Positions 24,781 through 38,200 of a stretch of DNA of 64,000 nt are shown in pieces. How positions within the stretch are numbered: position 1 is the first letter of the stretch; each line of letters opens with the position of its first letter. The DNA comes from Kudoa neothunni. Its lineage: Eukaryota; Animalia; Cnidaria. A model generated the notes under the pieces. It was not told the DNA's origin. It was given only the letters and a program-made list of their open reading frames with translations, and searched no databases. The position numbers were made by a program, and so were the translations under genes. Location: contig OZ199838.1 in assembly GCA_964304625.1 (NCBI GenBank), positions 212,148 to 276,147 of the forward strand. The letters run 5' to 3'.

Positions 24781-26024
24781 CCCTCGAAGTACCATGCTCA
24801 AAAAACTTATTTGTTCCCGTGGGGTCGGTCGGCGATCCCAGCGGTCTTCTACTGTAATGATTTAGTATGATTCTAACTTTTAATATATAGATTAATTGAT
24901 CTTTTGACTATTAAAATATGTATAAAATATCCAAGCGACAAATGAATTTATTAAAAATATCGTAACTATATCGGGAGACATCACCAATTAAACTTATCCA
25001 AACAAAATCACAAATGGTGGATGTAATAGATATAATTATTTCAGTTTCGTTTTTAACTGAATGTAACAAAACAGAAATTTCTACGCCACCTTTAACATCA
25101 ATATTAGGCTACCCGGCCACAGCATTAACAGGAGGTAACTCCGGTGAAGTTCGGTAATCAATTATTGATTTTTACATTAAGATATATTTACAACACATCA
25201 TGAGAAATAAAGAATAATGTTGAATATAAATAAGGATGAATTTATTTGAATTATGAGTGAAAATATTTTTAATCACAATAAAAATATGATTCAAAGTTTA
25301 TTTCTTTCAACTTGGTTTTAATCGTTTCAATAATTATAAGGAAATGGCCTAGATAAATTTCACTAAAAATTAAAAAAATAAAACGATTACAATAAACGAT
25401 AATTTGTTATTTTATGGAATAGAGAATCGTTGAAATTTGGCGATATCATGACAAAAATAATGTGACTAAGTTATAATCTATTAATTACTAGATTAAACTA
25501 TTAATTTTTAGTAAAATATGGCTGCCTTTTAATTTACTACAATTTAAATTTAATTGGTAGAAAAAATAAATATCGTGAAATTTTTTGAAAGCACATCAGG
25601 CAACCTGTTAGGTTTTCAACGTGCAATAACCTGGGCGACAATAATAGAAGGATTAATTTCTTTTAATCCTATTCCATCATCGGAATCTTACAACAGCTAA
25701 CAAAAATGGTTACAAATTACAATATTCCTGAGTCTGGTCGTCTCAATATATATTAGAATGATCAATTTTCTTACCATATAAATTAAAAACACTTAATACA
25801 ACCATATAAAATAATTTGAAATAACATATATCTGCGCTACGTAACATTGAACAAAATTTTTTGAACCGTAGAACACTATAATTTGTTTGAAATTATGTAT
25901 TTCTAAACAATACACGTTAACCTAAGGTTACATGAACCCAACACTTATAATGAAAAGTTTAAGTAGGTAAAAACAAACATTTACCAAAAATGGGGTCACG
26001 AATGACCTCCTGGTCCCAAGAGGG
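24781..26024. mobile_element. Non-autonomous piggyBac derivative
   Basis: Ends ccctcgaagtacc ... ggtcccaagaggg|ttaa; subterminal ggggtc...gaccc-type palindromes at both ends; left flank ccaa (mutated TTAA). Left end resembles the 36794 end. Confidence 0.7.
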
Positions 26025-26029
26025 TTAAA

Positions 26030-26145
26030 CTAGCGCAAACTGCCAAACTTCGGATGTGATTGGGAAAATTTTATCATAGAAGAATACGGTCAAAAAGTAA
26101 ATAAAAATAAGATTCTTGAATAGCCCAGAGGAGAAATTAAAAAAA
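26030..26145 (-). mobile_element. Helitron-like 3' terminus, same family as 48840
   Basis: CTAG|T end on the minus strand. About 110 nt shared with 48840-48950 (tagcgc.aactgcc.a.cttcg...tcatagaag.atac.g...tagcccagaggagaaa). Confidence 0.65.
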
Positions 26146-29100
26146 CCATCTTTATTTATAAATTTTCTTCAAAAATTAAATATATTATAACATATAGGCC
26201 TAAAAAAATGTAATCGTTATTTTTATAAATATGAGAAAAGATTAAACATCAAATAAAAAGACTATATATATTTAAAAAATAAAATGTATTATTTATGTTT
26301 AATAATGTACTACTAAGTTACCATTTACATTGCTTTTTTTATTTGGTATAATTCACATTCGTAAAAAAATGATTTTTCAAAAAATAATTGTTTAGAGAGT
26401 TTTTTTACAGATATCAAATGTATGAAGATTAAAGATTCATTATAAAATCGCTATAAATTTTGCCATGATAAAAGTTTTATGATAAACTTATTATAACTTT
26501 TTTTATAATTCAAATAAAGTAACCAAAAAAATCAATAAACTAAAAATAATGAAAATGTATTGAATTTTTCTTTTAAAAGGTTTATAGTCGAAACACCAAC
26601 AATGATAGAGAAGATAATTTATAATAAGAAGTAAGTATAAGGTTTGATTAGACGGCTGAGTCGTATAATTTTGGAACGACCCATTACTAAAAATGTTATT
26701 AAGATGTATAATAAATGTAGAAGTTAATGTGTGTACAATAAAGTGGGTTTTCATGGGTTATTGAAAATTTAAGGAAGATATCACATGTGCCGACAGTGTT
26801 GTATTCGGGATTTTGTACCAAAATTAGATGTTATCATAATTATCTGAATACTTCCTCTCGGTATTCTTTTATTTTATTCATAGCATTTCTGAAAGAATTG
26901 GCGAAAAAAAGATACGCGGAAGGGTGTTATTTAGGTGCCACATCCTACTCTATTACCCTCATTAGTAAATCAAATGCAGCTGTAATCTTATTATCATTAA
27001 CGCTAATCTACCTACAAGAATTTTACACCACCAATTCACCACTTTATTAGCAAGCTGGAAGCTACATTTTATTTTTGTATTTTTTAAAGTGGAAAAATGA
27101 TAATACTAGTGAAAAATGTCTTAAAATTAAAATCTGTATTATTTTAGTTTATATTTAACTTACAAATTACAAATTTCCCCATTTAGTTCTAAAATAAATT
27201 AAAATCAAAATGGTTTGGTTTACTCCATTTGCTATGTTTAATTGAAAAAGGATGAACATCATCTTTTCACTCCTCATCACCTAACACTTATTGATCTGAG
27301 CTATTATTCATTCCTGCTTATATATACCATTTTTATGTAAAGTAATAAATAATTCTAATAAACTATGTTATTATAATTATTCCAAAATATTATACGTAAA
27401 AAATGAATATAAAGGTGATACTAAACTATAAAAAGTATAATCGCTTAAATAAGTTCTATACTTAAGGGTGAAAATTAAATGAGCTAAATAAAAATATCCA
27501 ATTTGTATAGTTCACAAGAAAAATTATTTCAAAATCGATTTTTATTTACTATTTATTTGATCTGGCTGTTCTCTTGCTCTAGCTGGGTTTTTGTAAGTAA
27601 TTCAAAGCGTGTCACATCGTTGGTAAATGATATTTGAAAATCGTTTGGGGTTTAATGAATTAAGATACTTATTATTTGTATATATTGAAGTCGATAAGTT
27701 TGTTTCATATGTTATCCTGTGTTGAATAAATCAAGCGACTTCCTTATTCTATATTGCGTCATATGTTAACTTAAATTTTGAGGCAGTTGTAACTGAAAAT
27801 CCAATAGATTCAAAAAATATGCCATCTAAATATACTTGACTAAAATAACTATTATATATTGTTAAATTGGCATTCATTTATTTATGTGTATAAATGAATG
27901 CTTTGATCCTTGTTTCACCTATACTTTAAAGAACAATTTAATTTATATTTCTATATCAGAGGCAAGGTATTAATTCAGAAGTAAAACTTGAACCTTAGCA
28001 TAATAAAAACTATGAAATTAAACGATGGATATCAAATTTAGACAGAAGACAAAGTTAAAATTAGATAGTGGTTATATTTTTATGGATATGGATTATTTCT
28101 AAGTAGACAAAAATGTTGACAACCAAATTACAACTTAATCATATAAATATGTTATTTTGAAAGATAACAAAGTTATGATTTTACATGAAAATAGCGATAG
28201 TTAGATTATATAAGTCGAACAGGCTTAATATAAAATATTACCTTACTGCGTTATTTTGTAGAATAAATTATAAATTAAATGAATTATCGTATCCCATTTT
28301 TTGAATCGAAACCGATTGATATCAAAATAATCAGAAATATTATTGTACGCATTACGTCCTCACATGATTTAAATGGGGAATAACAAAAATTACGAAGTGA
28401 ATGAACTAAGATTAATTTTTAAATTTATTCTTGAATGACACCCGCACCCCCTCTAGGGAATCACTGATATAGGTCCCATAACTAAGAATTTTAAGATTAA
28501 GATTAAAATATAAAATATTTCTTTTCATATTGTGCAAAAAAATGAATAAGAAATATTATTTATATTTTTTTATAATTGACTATTCACTAAATTTTATCCC
28601 AATGTAAAAAGATACAAATATTTTACCAATAAATACGATTAAAACAAAAGTTTCGAATTGTTTTTCAGCCATATAATCTTAATAAAATTTTTCTGTTATT
28701 GTAATTCGATAAAAAATGTAACACCCATTCAAAAAAATAAAGAAAACGCAAAATAACAATAATTGCGCACGCAGTTGAGTACTTACTATCCGTTGCGTAC
28801 TGTAGTGAAATAATTGATAATTGATGGTCTAACCGTAGGAATTATAGAAAATGTTTGTTTATTTGTTAGAAAACAAATATCCAGACTATTATCAATACCA
28901 ACTTAGTCATTAAACTGTAATAAGGACGGAATGATTCGGCGTAAAACCATTGAAACCAACTGCAAAAATCGTACGGGATTGTTAGCGTTATTGTAGCTAG
29001 ATATTTTACTGGGCAGTATGTGGCGTTTAAGTTTGATGAATTATGCTCATAAAGCGCAGCGGGATCTCTCTTTTTTTGTAAGAAAACATTAGTTGCGCAT

Positions 29101-29217
29101 AATATGTACTAATTTGAATTGACTCCGACTCCGGTTTGACCTGCCAACTGAAAGGACCCTTGATTGGAGATTATCGTGTGCGTAGGTGGTGGGCGTAATT
29201 TGCAAGATCAAAGTCAA

Positions 29218-32200
29218 ATGTTTTCCAAATGGTTCAAACGAAATTCATCAACCAACACCAATGTGCGTATAAATGAGAATGTTTTCGTGTAGAGACTTGT
29301 TTGTTTAGCCGGAAAATTCGGAAGCGAACACCAACTTTGAAATGGAGATAAACAACCCACCCCCAACCATACCACCACACTCAAATACCGAACCCAATTT
29401 AAATACGAGTGTGGTGTCTATTTCGTCCACATCTGAAAACTTTTATTGGATGTGTGACGAACAATGTACAGAGTGTTTCAATTGCCATCAACCTTTTACA
29501 CCATTTCGACGGAGACACCATTGTCGTCAATGCGGTAGGATATTTTGTGGAAATTGTTCCTCTTACCGAATCAATTCTATCGCTTCCTATATGTATTCGA
29601 AATTGGGTAGGAATTTTTATGATTATGGATGTGTGAGATTTATTTTGGGGGTTAGAAAAGAAACGTTTGTGCGAATTTTGTTACGCCTCTCTCTCCAGTA
29701 AAATCACTAAACAAAGTCTCCTACACAAAATCTCGAGAAACGATCCTAGAAACGCACGAACTAAATTCGGTATCAACAATGATGATCAAATGTAATGATC
29801 ATTATGTGAGGCTTGGCTTTAATATGTTTTTTCAGGCTGTTAGAGATGGGATTAACCAACATTCTCAACTATGATTGTAAATATTATAACAACCCCAACG
29901 ATCCAATGGTTGAGAGGATGATTACAAAGGCTGTTGAAATAAATAAAAATGTAATTTTAAATATGTGATCTATCGTCAAATCGACCAACTTATCCAATTT
30001 AGATTAATCCCAGCAGGTTTTATGGAGATCAACTCGACATTAGGAATTATGTGAGCACTGTGTGTATAGTGGACGATATCAACTACAAAAATTTCGACAA
30101 AGTCTACTATGGTGTTGCATTCACTTGCACCCTCTCTGGCTGTTGCACCATGGATTCTATCACCAATCCAAAACTACTACTGGTCGGTTGCAGAATCAGC
30201 TACGAACGCTCAAATGCTTACTCGCTACTCAGCTCGGTTGTCAAGCAACAACAACAATACCTCAACATACTAGTCTCGAGAATACTCAAATTGAATCCGG
30301 ATATTATAATTTTTAGATACGCTGTTTCAAACGCTATTCGAGAAGTTTTTGAAAGACACAACAAAGTGTTACTGGGTGATGTGAGCTACGTATGTATACT
30401 CTATTGTTTCTTGTGTTCGCATACGCCAGCGCTTTTCAACTGGTGGTGCGAACTAATGTTTTATGAAGGGATGCGAGATCGGAAATAATTTTATTTTTTT
30501 AAATATATTGTTGACTTGTAAATATGTGAATCTAAAAATAAATAATTATTAAATCCTTATTATTATTAATTATTAATTTAATCTGTCTTAATTTTTCTTC
30601 TTCTAACCTTCGAACACTTGAGGAAAAAAGTTACACGAATACCTGAAAGTGGCCGGCCACTGTGACCACACGCAACAATGTTTTAAAATAATAAAAATTA
30701 TTGCGCCTAAGGTTCAGAACATAACTATTTACGTTATTTTTTACATTTTCACGTTAATAAATTTAATAAAAATTAATCAATTATGCATTTTTATGACCTT
30801 TATTTGCACAACTGCGAAGGGCAGGAGTAATTATGCCTGTATATATACATATACTTAGAATAGCGTAAACAATTAGAGATAAACTGTTTTATTATTGCTT
30901 CATTTTTCACATTTTCCTCTCCTTCTTCTTCTTCTTCTTATTATTATTATAACAGCTAAGGTTTTTCTATTCTCAAAATCCATGGTTTTATTATGAAACC
31001 TCTTCTTTTATTGATAGAAATATGTTAAATGTGTAAATTCGTATTTTTTAAATTGAAATTTGGCATTATTAATTAATTTACGAATAAGAAATATATATAC
31101 ACGTATAGTCTATGAGTCTTTTGAATTTTTGAGTTATGATGAAATGGTCTATATTTAACTTTATACAACTATGTTCGACTCTATTTTTTGCTGATATATA
31201 ATTTAACAAAATCATTATAATATGCGTGATTCGCATGCCAGATTAAATTAGCTAACAGAATCAAGATAATATAGAAAATAAAAATGTTTTTAAAAAAATT
31301 CCTCGCTTCGAAGTACATTTATAATTTTTATTTTGCTGCAGAAAATCCTTTTTATATATTTTAATTATGTAAAAGTTATTATTTATATGGTGGACATGTT
31401 CAGGTGTGTGTATAACTTTTCTCCTTTTTTGATTTTAAGCAAAAAAATTAAACTTAAAACTCCATTATTTAAGTATTTTGAAGCGCCATTATACTATAAA
31501 ATTCACGCTGGGAAAACAGGAAATAAAATATTTTGTAAAAGTTATCGATGTAATAAATGCTGGTCGGCCACCCTCCTGATATTCGAGGATTAATATAATG
31601 CAGAATTATTTTACGAGACGGTTTAATTTATAAAATTAATGAATGATACATTTTAAGTAATTAAAAAATAAAATGTAAAAAGATAATAGTTTAAAGCGAA
31701 GGTTATTGGCACGGTAAAATTTAATCCTAATATTCGAGTGCGCACGCGCGATGCAAATTTTTTATCCTCAGTTTTTACTTACAAGCTGTGTACAGCTTTT
31801 ATGTTTTTAGGGACCAGAAATAATTAAATATAGTAACAACTAACGACACCTAAATATTATTTACTATGTCAATAGCAACTTTCTTTTTTTATCATATACT
31901 TCAAAAATATTTATATTGTTCGAAGTGTCCCCACTCGTATAATATTATCTTGTCATCAAATATATAAGTAGAGAATCACCTTCTTAATATTCTGATGCGA
32001 ATAAATATATAACATGTTATATATCAATTATAATGAATATTTTTAAAAATATTGTTTCAGTCATAATCGAGATAAGTTATTTATCTCACTAGAAATTGTT
32101 GGGAACAATAAAGTAGGTTCTCTCCAATCTTCATAACAAGGCGCTGAAAATTTACTACAATTTTTTTATAATTAAATAGACAAAACCAAATTAGAATATT

Positions 32201-35200
32201 GTGACATTTTTTTTGTTTCGCAAATTAAAATTTTGGAGTCTGATAGCTTTTATAAAATACGAAGTTTATAAATATCATAGATTCCTTAAATATTTGATGA
32301 ATTACAAAATCTATTTTTTGATGGTATATAATGATATTAATTAATAATTAAAATAAATATGATAATTTGTTTACAAAATAAATACAAAATTGTATTACAA
32401 TCTAGTCTAACCATTAATATATTCTGGAAGCATTATAAAGGTTAATCTTTAATATTTTTCTTCGTTAAAATTTTTAAAAATCTCGTAAAAAAACTGAAAC
32501 GCTTTTATTATACATTTTTTCCATATTTTTAAAGAAATACAGAATATATTAAATTTTTCATGTAAATGTAAATTTGAATTTGTATAATATTACTATTAAG
32601 ACATACATGGAAATTTTTGAGCTGTCATAATTAGAAAATATTTTATTGGATTCATTGGTAGATTAATAATGGATTATTTTAGTCGAAATTGAGAGCTATT
32701 TCCAGATGTACTGGTGCAATCATATTGAATTCCACGGATGAGATTGGCTTTGCTCAATTAGGTCGCTCTAATACGTTTTCCATTCAAAAGTATCAACATG
32801 TAAGGTAGTTTTCTTGTAGAAATCATGATTTTTTTGTAGCTTGGCAAGAATATAAATGTGGCAATTATTGATGGCTGTGAGTCAGACCTTTATGCATCCA
32901 CAATTCTTATTCATCCCAGTGAAGTCGAAATGACCAAAATTCGAAGAACATTTGTTTCTATCTTATTTTTCAGCCGAATGTTAATGGATGAGTTACTTTT
33001 TATGAAATATGCCCTTCCAAAATTGGATTTGGGAGCTTTACCAATTTCTTCGGACTCGTGCCTCTCGAAAAATTCAAGTAGTCGTTCAGGTCATCGGAGG
33101 CATCGTACAGATGATATAACGATTACTGCTACCACCTCACGATTGAAATCTCATTCCAGGCAAAAATACCGACTATCTAACGCTGGTGATTATCATTTGG
33201 AAACTGAACAAATCTCTGACACTGCTACTAGTCGTGAAAACGTTGGAATTAAAGAATTTTCTAATGAATTCACCGATCTAAATTATCTTCACAAGAATTT
33301 CCTACCCTTTTCATTATTTTATTGTTTAAATTTGCCTTCGAACATTGTCTCAATGAACCTACAACCAATGTTCCTTCGACATGTCTGGAAAATGTCTCCC
33401 AAATCCAATAACCAAGTCAAATTCGAATTCAACGATTGTTCTTGCAGCGATGACCTAATCGATGAGGATGATGTTCATTGTCACCCAAATGATCAACAAT
33501 TAGAGCACGATGGAATGGATGCGGATATGTTTTTAAGTAGACTGGATATGGAACCGGGAGATGTCGCCAATATCCCACCCATTCTTCTCAACAATGTTCC
33601 CAACCAAATCGCTATATTTAGAGCGGTTGGACGTTTTCCATCTGTGAAGATGCTCTTCAGTGACAACTACCCCTCTGATCAACATCATCATAATCATAAT
33701 CATCATAATCACTGCAACGCCACAAAACCTCCCAAAAACTTAAGCCCAAACAGGACCAGTTTGGTTTCTCGTGAAGGCGGTAACTCGTCAAAAGAATCTT
33801 CTCGTGCCAATGGGAAACAATTGTCCGTTGAACTGCTTCAGTCTCCTCTGCTCTGTAGTATATCTCACACCAAACCCGTCGTTTTCAACAACTTCTCCCA
33901 ACAAACCTTCTACTCTTCCGATCAATACCAATTCGACTTGGAATTGCTGGCTGATATACTGATACTTTACTATTGTTACTCCTCCTGCTCAAAAATCTTC
34001 CCGCTGTTTTGTGTGAAACCGTGTATCAGACAGCTCAAATACTATTCACCCAGCGATCTCACACTTTTGTCTTTTCTCATGAATCACTGCTTTAAAGCAT
34101 CCACAAATTGTAGTGTGCAATCTTGCGAAAGAGCGTATAACATGCATAGCTTTGTGTATGCCCATGCCACTACTAAAATTGCAATACGACTTCCCAAATA
34201 CAAGATAACTATACAATCAAATTTACTTAAAAACAACATTGTCTTCACTTATATGAAATGTGGCAAATGTGGAAAAGTATATATCATATAATGGCGTTGA
34301 TTTTGTGAAATTTTCCATTACATTATACGGTAGATAATCGATCTAGACCAGTGTGCCCATCACTTAAATGTGAGGGTAGTTATATTGAGGTTGTGAGAAT
34401 CGGATCGAAATAAATATAAAAATAATTTAAACTGGTTTTCGATTTGCATTCGTTGATCCCTCATAAATTTAAATTACCTAATGGCTTAGGTTGGACTGTA
34501 ACTTTTTGTATGTTCTATGAACAATAATCGTCGATCATAATATTTCGATATGAGTTCTGAGAACGATTTACATATCATGTTAATCGAGAAATAATCACGT
34601 TTTAAAATATTTATCCAAAAGCGTAGAGAGTAGTTGAATTCGCAGAATGAAATAAATATTATATAGCGCCATTTGTTTGACTGTTTAGAAACAGAATACT
34701 GATTTTTCTAGCTTTTTATTTAAGTTTATATCAAATAAAACATCTAAGCTGTTTGTTTTATAATATTTTTGTTTAAACTTCTCTTTATTAGGTAATTGCT
34801 AATTATATTATGTAATTCACTGAAAAACAAAAATACGTACAATTCAATTATTACATGAATGCATGAAACACGTACTCATTAATTTTATTAAGATTTCCAA
34901 TGATAAATTAAGTCAATCAACTTGATTTTAATTTATACATCGTATTAAAATTTTAAGTATTTCACAAATAAGATTAAAAATTATAAATAATGCCATATTT
35001 TTCGTTGGAATTATTTTTTATTGTCTTTATATGCGAAATCAACATTAGAGGTTAATTGAGCGTTGCTTTTTGAATGCGGGAATAATGTACATAAGGAATC
35101 ACTGGATACACTCTAGAACAGTGACATCCCAATATTTTTAGTTCACAAATCCCCCTGACTAACCAAATTAATGAATACGGACACTTAAATATATTATTCG

Positions 35201-38200
35201 CGTATATTTATATTTATGATAATGTTACAAAATTTTATTTTTAAATCAGCTTTTATTACAACTAGGAATTAACCCTCCGAGCATCTTGGGGTCGAAAACT
35301 ACCCCAGTCGTGATTTAATGAGTTATTTAACCTCTCATAGCTTACTTTTTTAGATACCCTACCTATCCTTTACAGTAATCGACTGTTTTGGAAGGCAGTA
35401 TTAATTTTTCTTTTAACCCTCCCCGGACCAAGCGGGGTCTGTCCTGACCCCATTTTCGGTAAATCTTATTTCTATAAATGAAAACCTCATAGACTTTAGT
35501 ATAACATTCGCGTAATCTTAGAAAATATATTCCTATACTGTATAAACTCAAATTTTCGAAAAATATTAGAATTTATCTCAGAAAAAATGCTTGCGTAATT
35601 GAACACATGTTCTCCATACGCACACATACTTCATGCTATAACTCCATATTAAAATTATCAAGAGATAAAACTAAACAACGACAAATTATCGTAATTAATA
35701 TATATTTAACGTTAAATAAATGTTCAAAGTGTAGGTTTTCCTTTTTCCTATCGAAGGTTTACGATGACGTCATAAGATTAAATTAAGATTTATTGGCTAT
35801 ATGTATTTTTAAACGTTAAGGGTAAAAAAAGTATATTATTTCATTTTAGATTATTAATTTAAGAATAAATTTATATTTAGGAATGTCTTTTGACAATGAT
35901 ATCGATAATTTGGAGCTAAATTTCAGTATACGTGTACCAATTTCGGGAGGGGGAATCGTAATTTTTGATGAATACTTGTGCCAGACTTTCGAGGGCCATT
36001 ATCATTTGCATTCAAAATATAGCTTAGAACTATTTAATGAATGTATTGATATTGGCGGAGCGCCTAATTCACAAAAATCATTGATCTACGCAAAAGATCA
36101 TGATGTGCATTTGTTAACGAAATATTAATAAAAAAACTAATGTACGGTGCTATATCTACGAGGAACCTATTTTCTCGTCTCACAGATTCAAAAAAAAACT
36201 TTTTTTTATTGTCAGACATGTAGTTTAGAAACCGATTGATGTTATATTTGACAAAACTTGCTTTCTCTTTAGGAAACCCCGGAATTAATGTGATTTTTTT
36301 AAAATAAATTTATTTTAAATGTTCATATTTAATTTGTTCATGTTGAATGTATAGACATACTAAAATACTTACAATTATGATCTATACTTTACCCTACTTT
36401 CAATTTTGTGATTAACGATTTTTCCCAGCAATCATGCCTGATATCATGTACGGTCGCTTGTGTTCATTTCTTTTCCATATTTGATTGAACCACGTTATTT
36501 CACCTCTAGAAACTATCAACAATGTAAACACAATAAAACATATATTTGAAACCTAGAAAAACAAGCGTTTTGATGCAGATATTTCAATATTTAATCGAAG
36601 AATTAATTACATTTTTCTCGACTTTATTCCCTCTAAAGCACACTTCTAATTGGTTAATGTGGCTGTGTGGTGAATAATAATTACAATAATAACTGTTGGG
36701 GTTAATTGCACTATAAAATTAGAAAATAATGATGGGGTCAAAGACGACCCCCATAGGCTCATACTGAAGTTTTTGACACACGGTCCTTCGACGGTTAACA
36801 GAAAGGAATAATTTATTTCCCAAAAACTTACACCTGGCGCCTATGGGTCGAAAAAGTCTCTAGAGGGTTTTCCATACAAATTGTGTAATGATTTATTTGT
36901 TTGAAGTTTATTTAGAGTTTAGTTATTTGTAAAGAAGAATAACCGCATAGTTCCGCTATTTTTCATGTGCGAACATGGAAAAATTTGTGAATTACAATGT
37001 CTAAGATGGTTACACTGAAAGCTCTTCCATCATAAGTAAAATTTAAGAATTAATCTAAAATAATAATTTTCGTCTGATTCTAACGATTTTGGCACTATAT
37101 TAACAAATCTTCTTACTCCCAAAAATAACATACGTAGCGAGATCCTTCCTACAAAAACAGATACTTAATTAAAACATTTTGAATCTAAATCCTTGTGTAA
37201 CTGCCTAAACTCGTCAACAATAAAAACAATTAAAGATTGTTTTAAATTATTCTTCACTGATCAACTGTTATCTACAATTATCCTCGTGGCCAATAAATTT
37301 GGACGTCATCGCTGATTCTTCTTATGATGATGTCGATTTGAATGATTATCGTTCATATCATAGCATACTGATATACATGCCAATTTTCGAAACGAAGATT
37401 GAATCTCCAGAAAGGTTTTGAATGGTTTTAAATGCTTGATAAGTTCTGTTGAGATTATTAGACAAGTTATGCCACTGAAGGAATATACAACAATCAAACC
37501 CTCACTCTATTTAGACGATTTTGGTGGAAGGGAGAAAAGGATAAATTATGTACCTTATGACACGTATTAAAGTTTGCCTACGATGCAGCACTCGATAGAA
37601 AAGTCCACTTATTAATTATTTTCTGTTTTTCATTTCGGTTTACTTTGACAATATTAAAAAATTACTCATGTAAACGTAGATTATATGTTTAAGTATAACG
37701 ATTTATTTCCGAAAAATTTCATCTAAAAAATAAATTTTATATAAAAACGCAAATAGAAGTGATAACTAAAAATACTTATGAGTATGGAAAGTTCACACAT
37801 CATTTAAAAGGTGGAAAAAACTAATTTTTACTAAAATTTCGATCACTATGAATTTATTACGTTTTGTGTATCATTTTTTACTTGGATTAGTGCATTTAAC
37901 AAAGTTATAACGACTTACACTACAAGGATTGATCAAATATATGCATTCGAAAAAATAACCGAGCAATTAATAATTAATCATGAAACATATTATTTTGTAT
38001 ATATTAACATAAATTAAACGCTAATTAATATTTAAATGTCATATGATTAATTAAAGTACTATAGGGATTGAAGTTTGTTGATTATACGGAGTTTGGTCTT
38101 GGGGTTTTTTCGACCCCAAAGACGCAGGGTGTATAGTCAATTCGGAGCCGCTCGGAGGGTTAAAAAAGTCTTTAACTATTTCTAACTATCCATATTATAC

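Noticed and set aside
28780-29080. Possible Pol III ncRNA (T-run at 29071; ctaaccgta resembling a telomerase template)
   Set aside because: No match to U6, U3, SRP or RNase P/MRP cores, and the template-like word is mismatched; more simply the PIKfyve promoter.
35883-36128. 81-aa ORF in the PIKfyve intron
   Set aside because: Lies inside the inner piggyBac derivative; probably decayed TE sequence.
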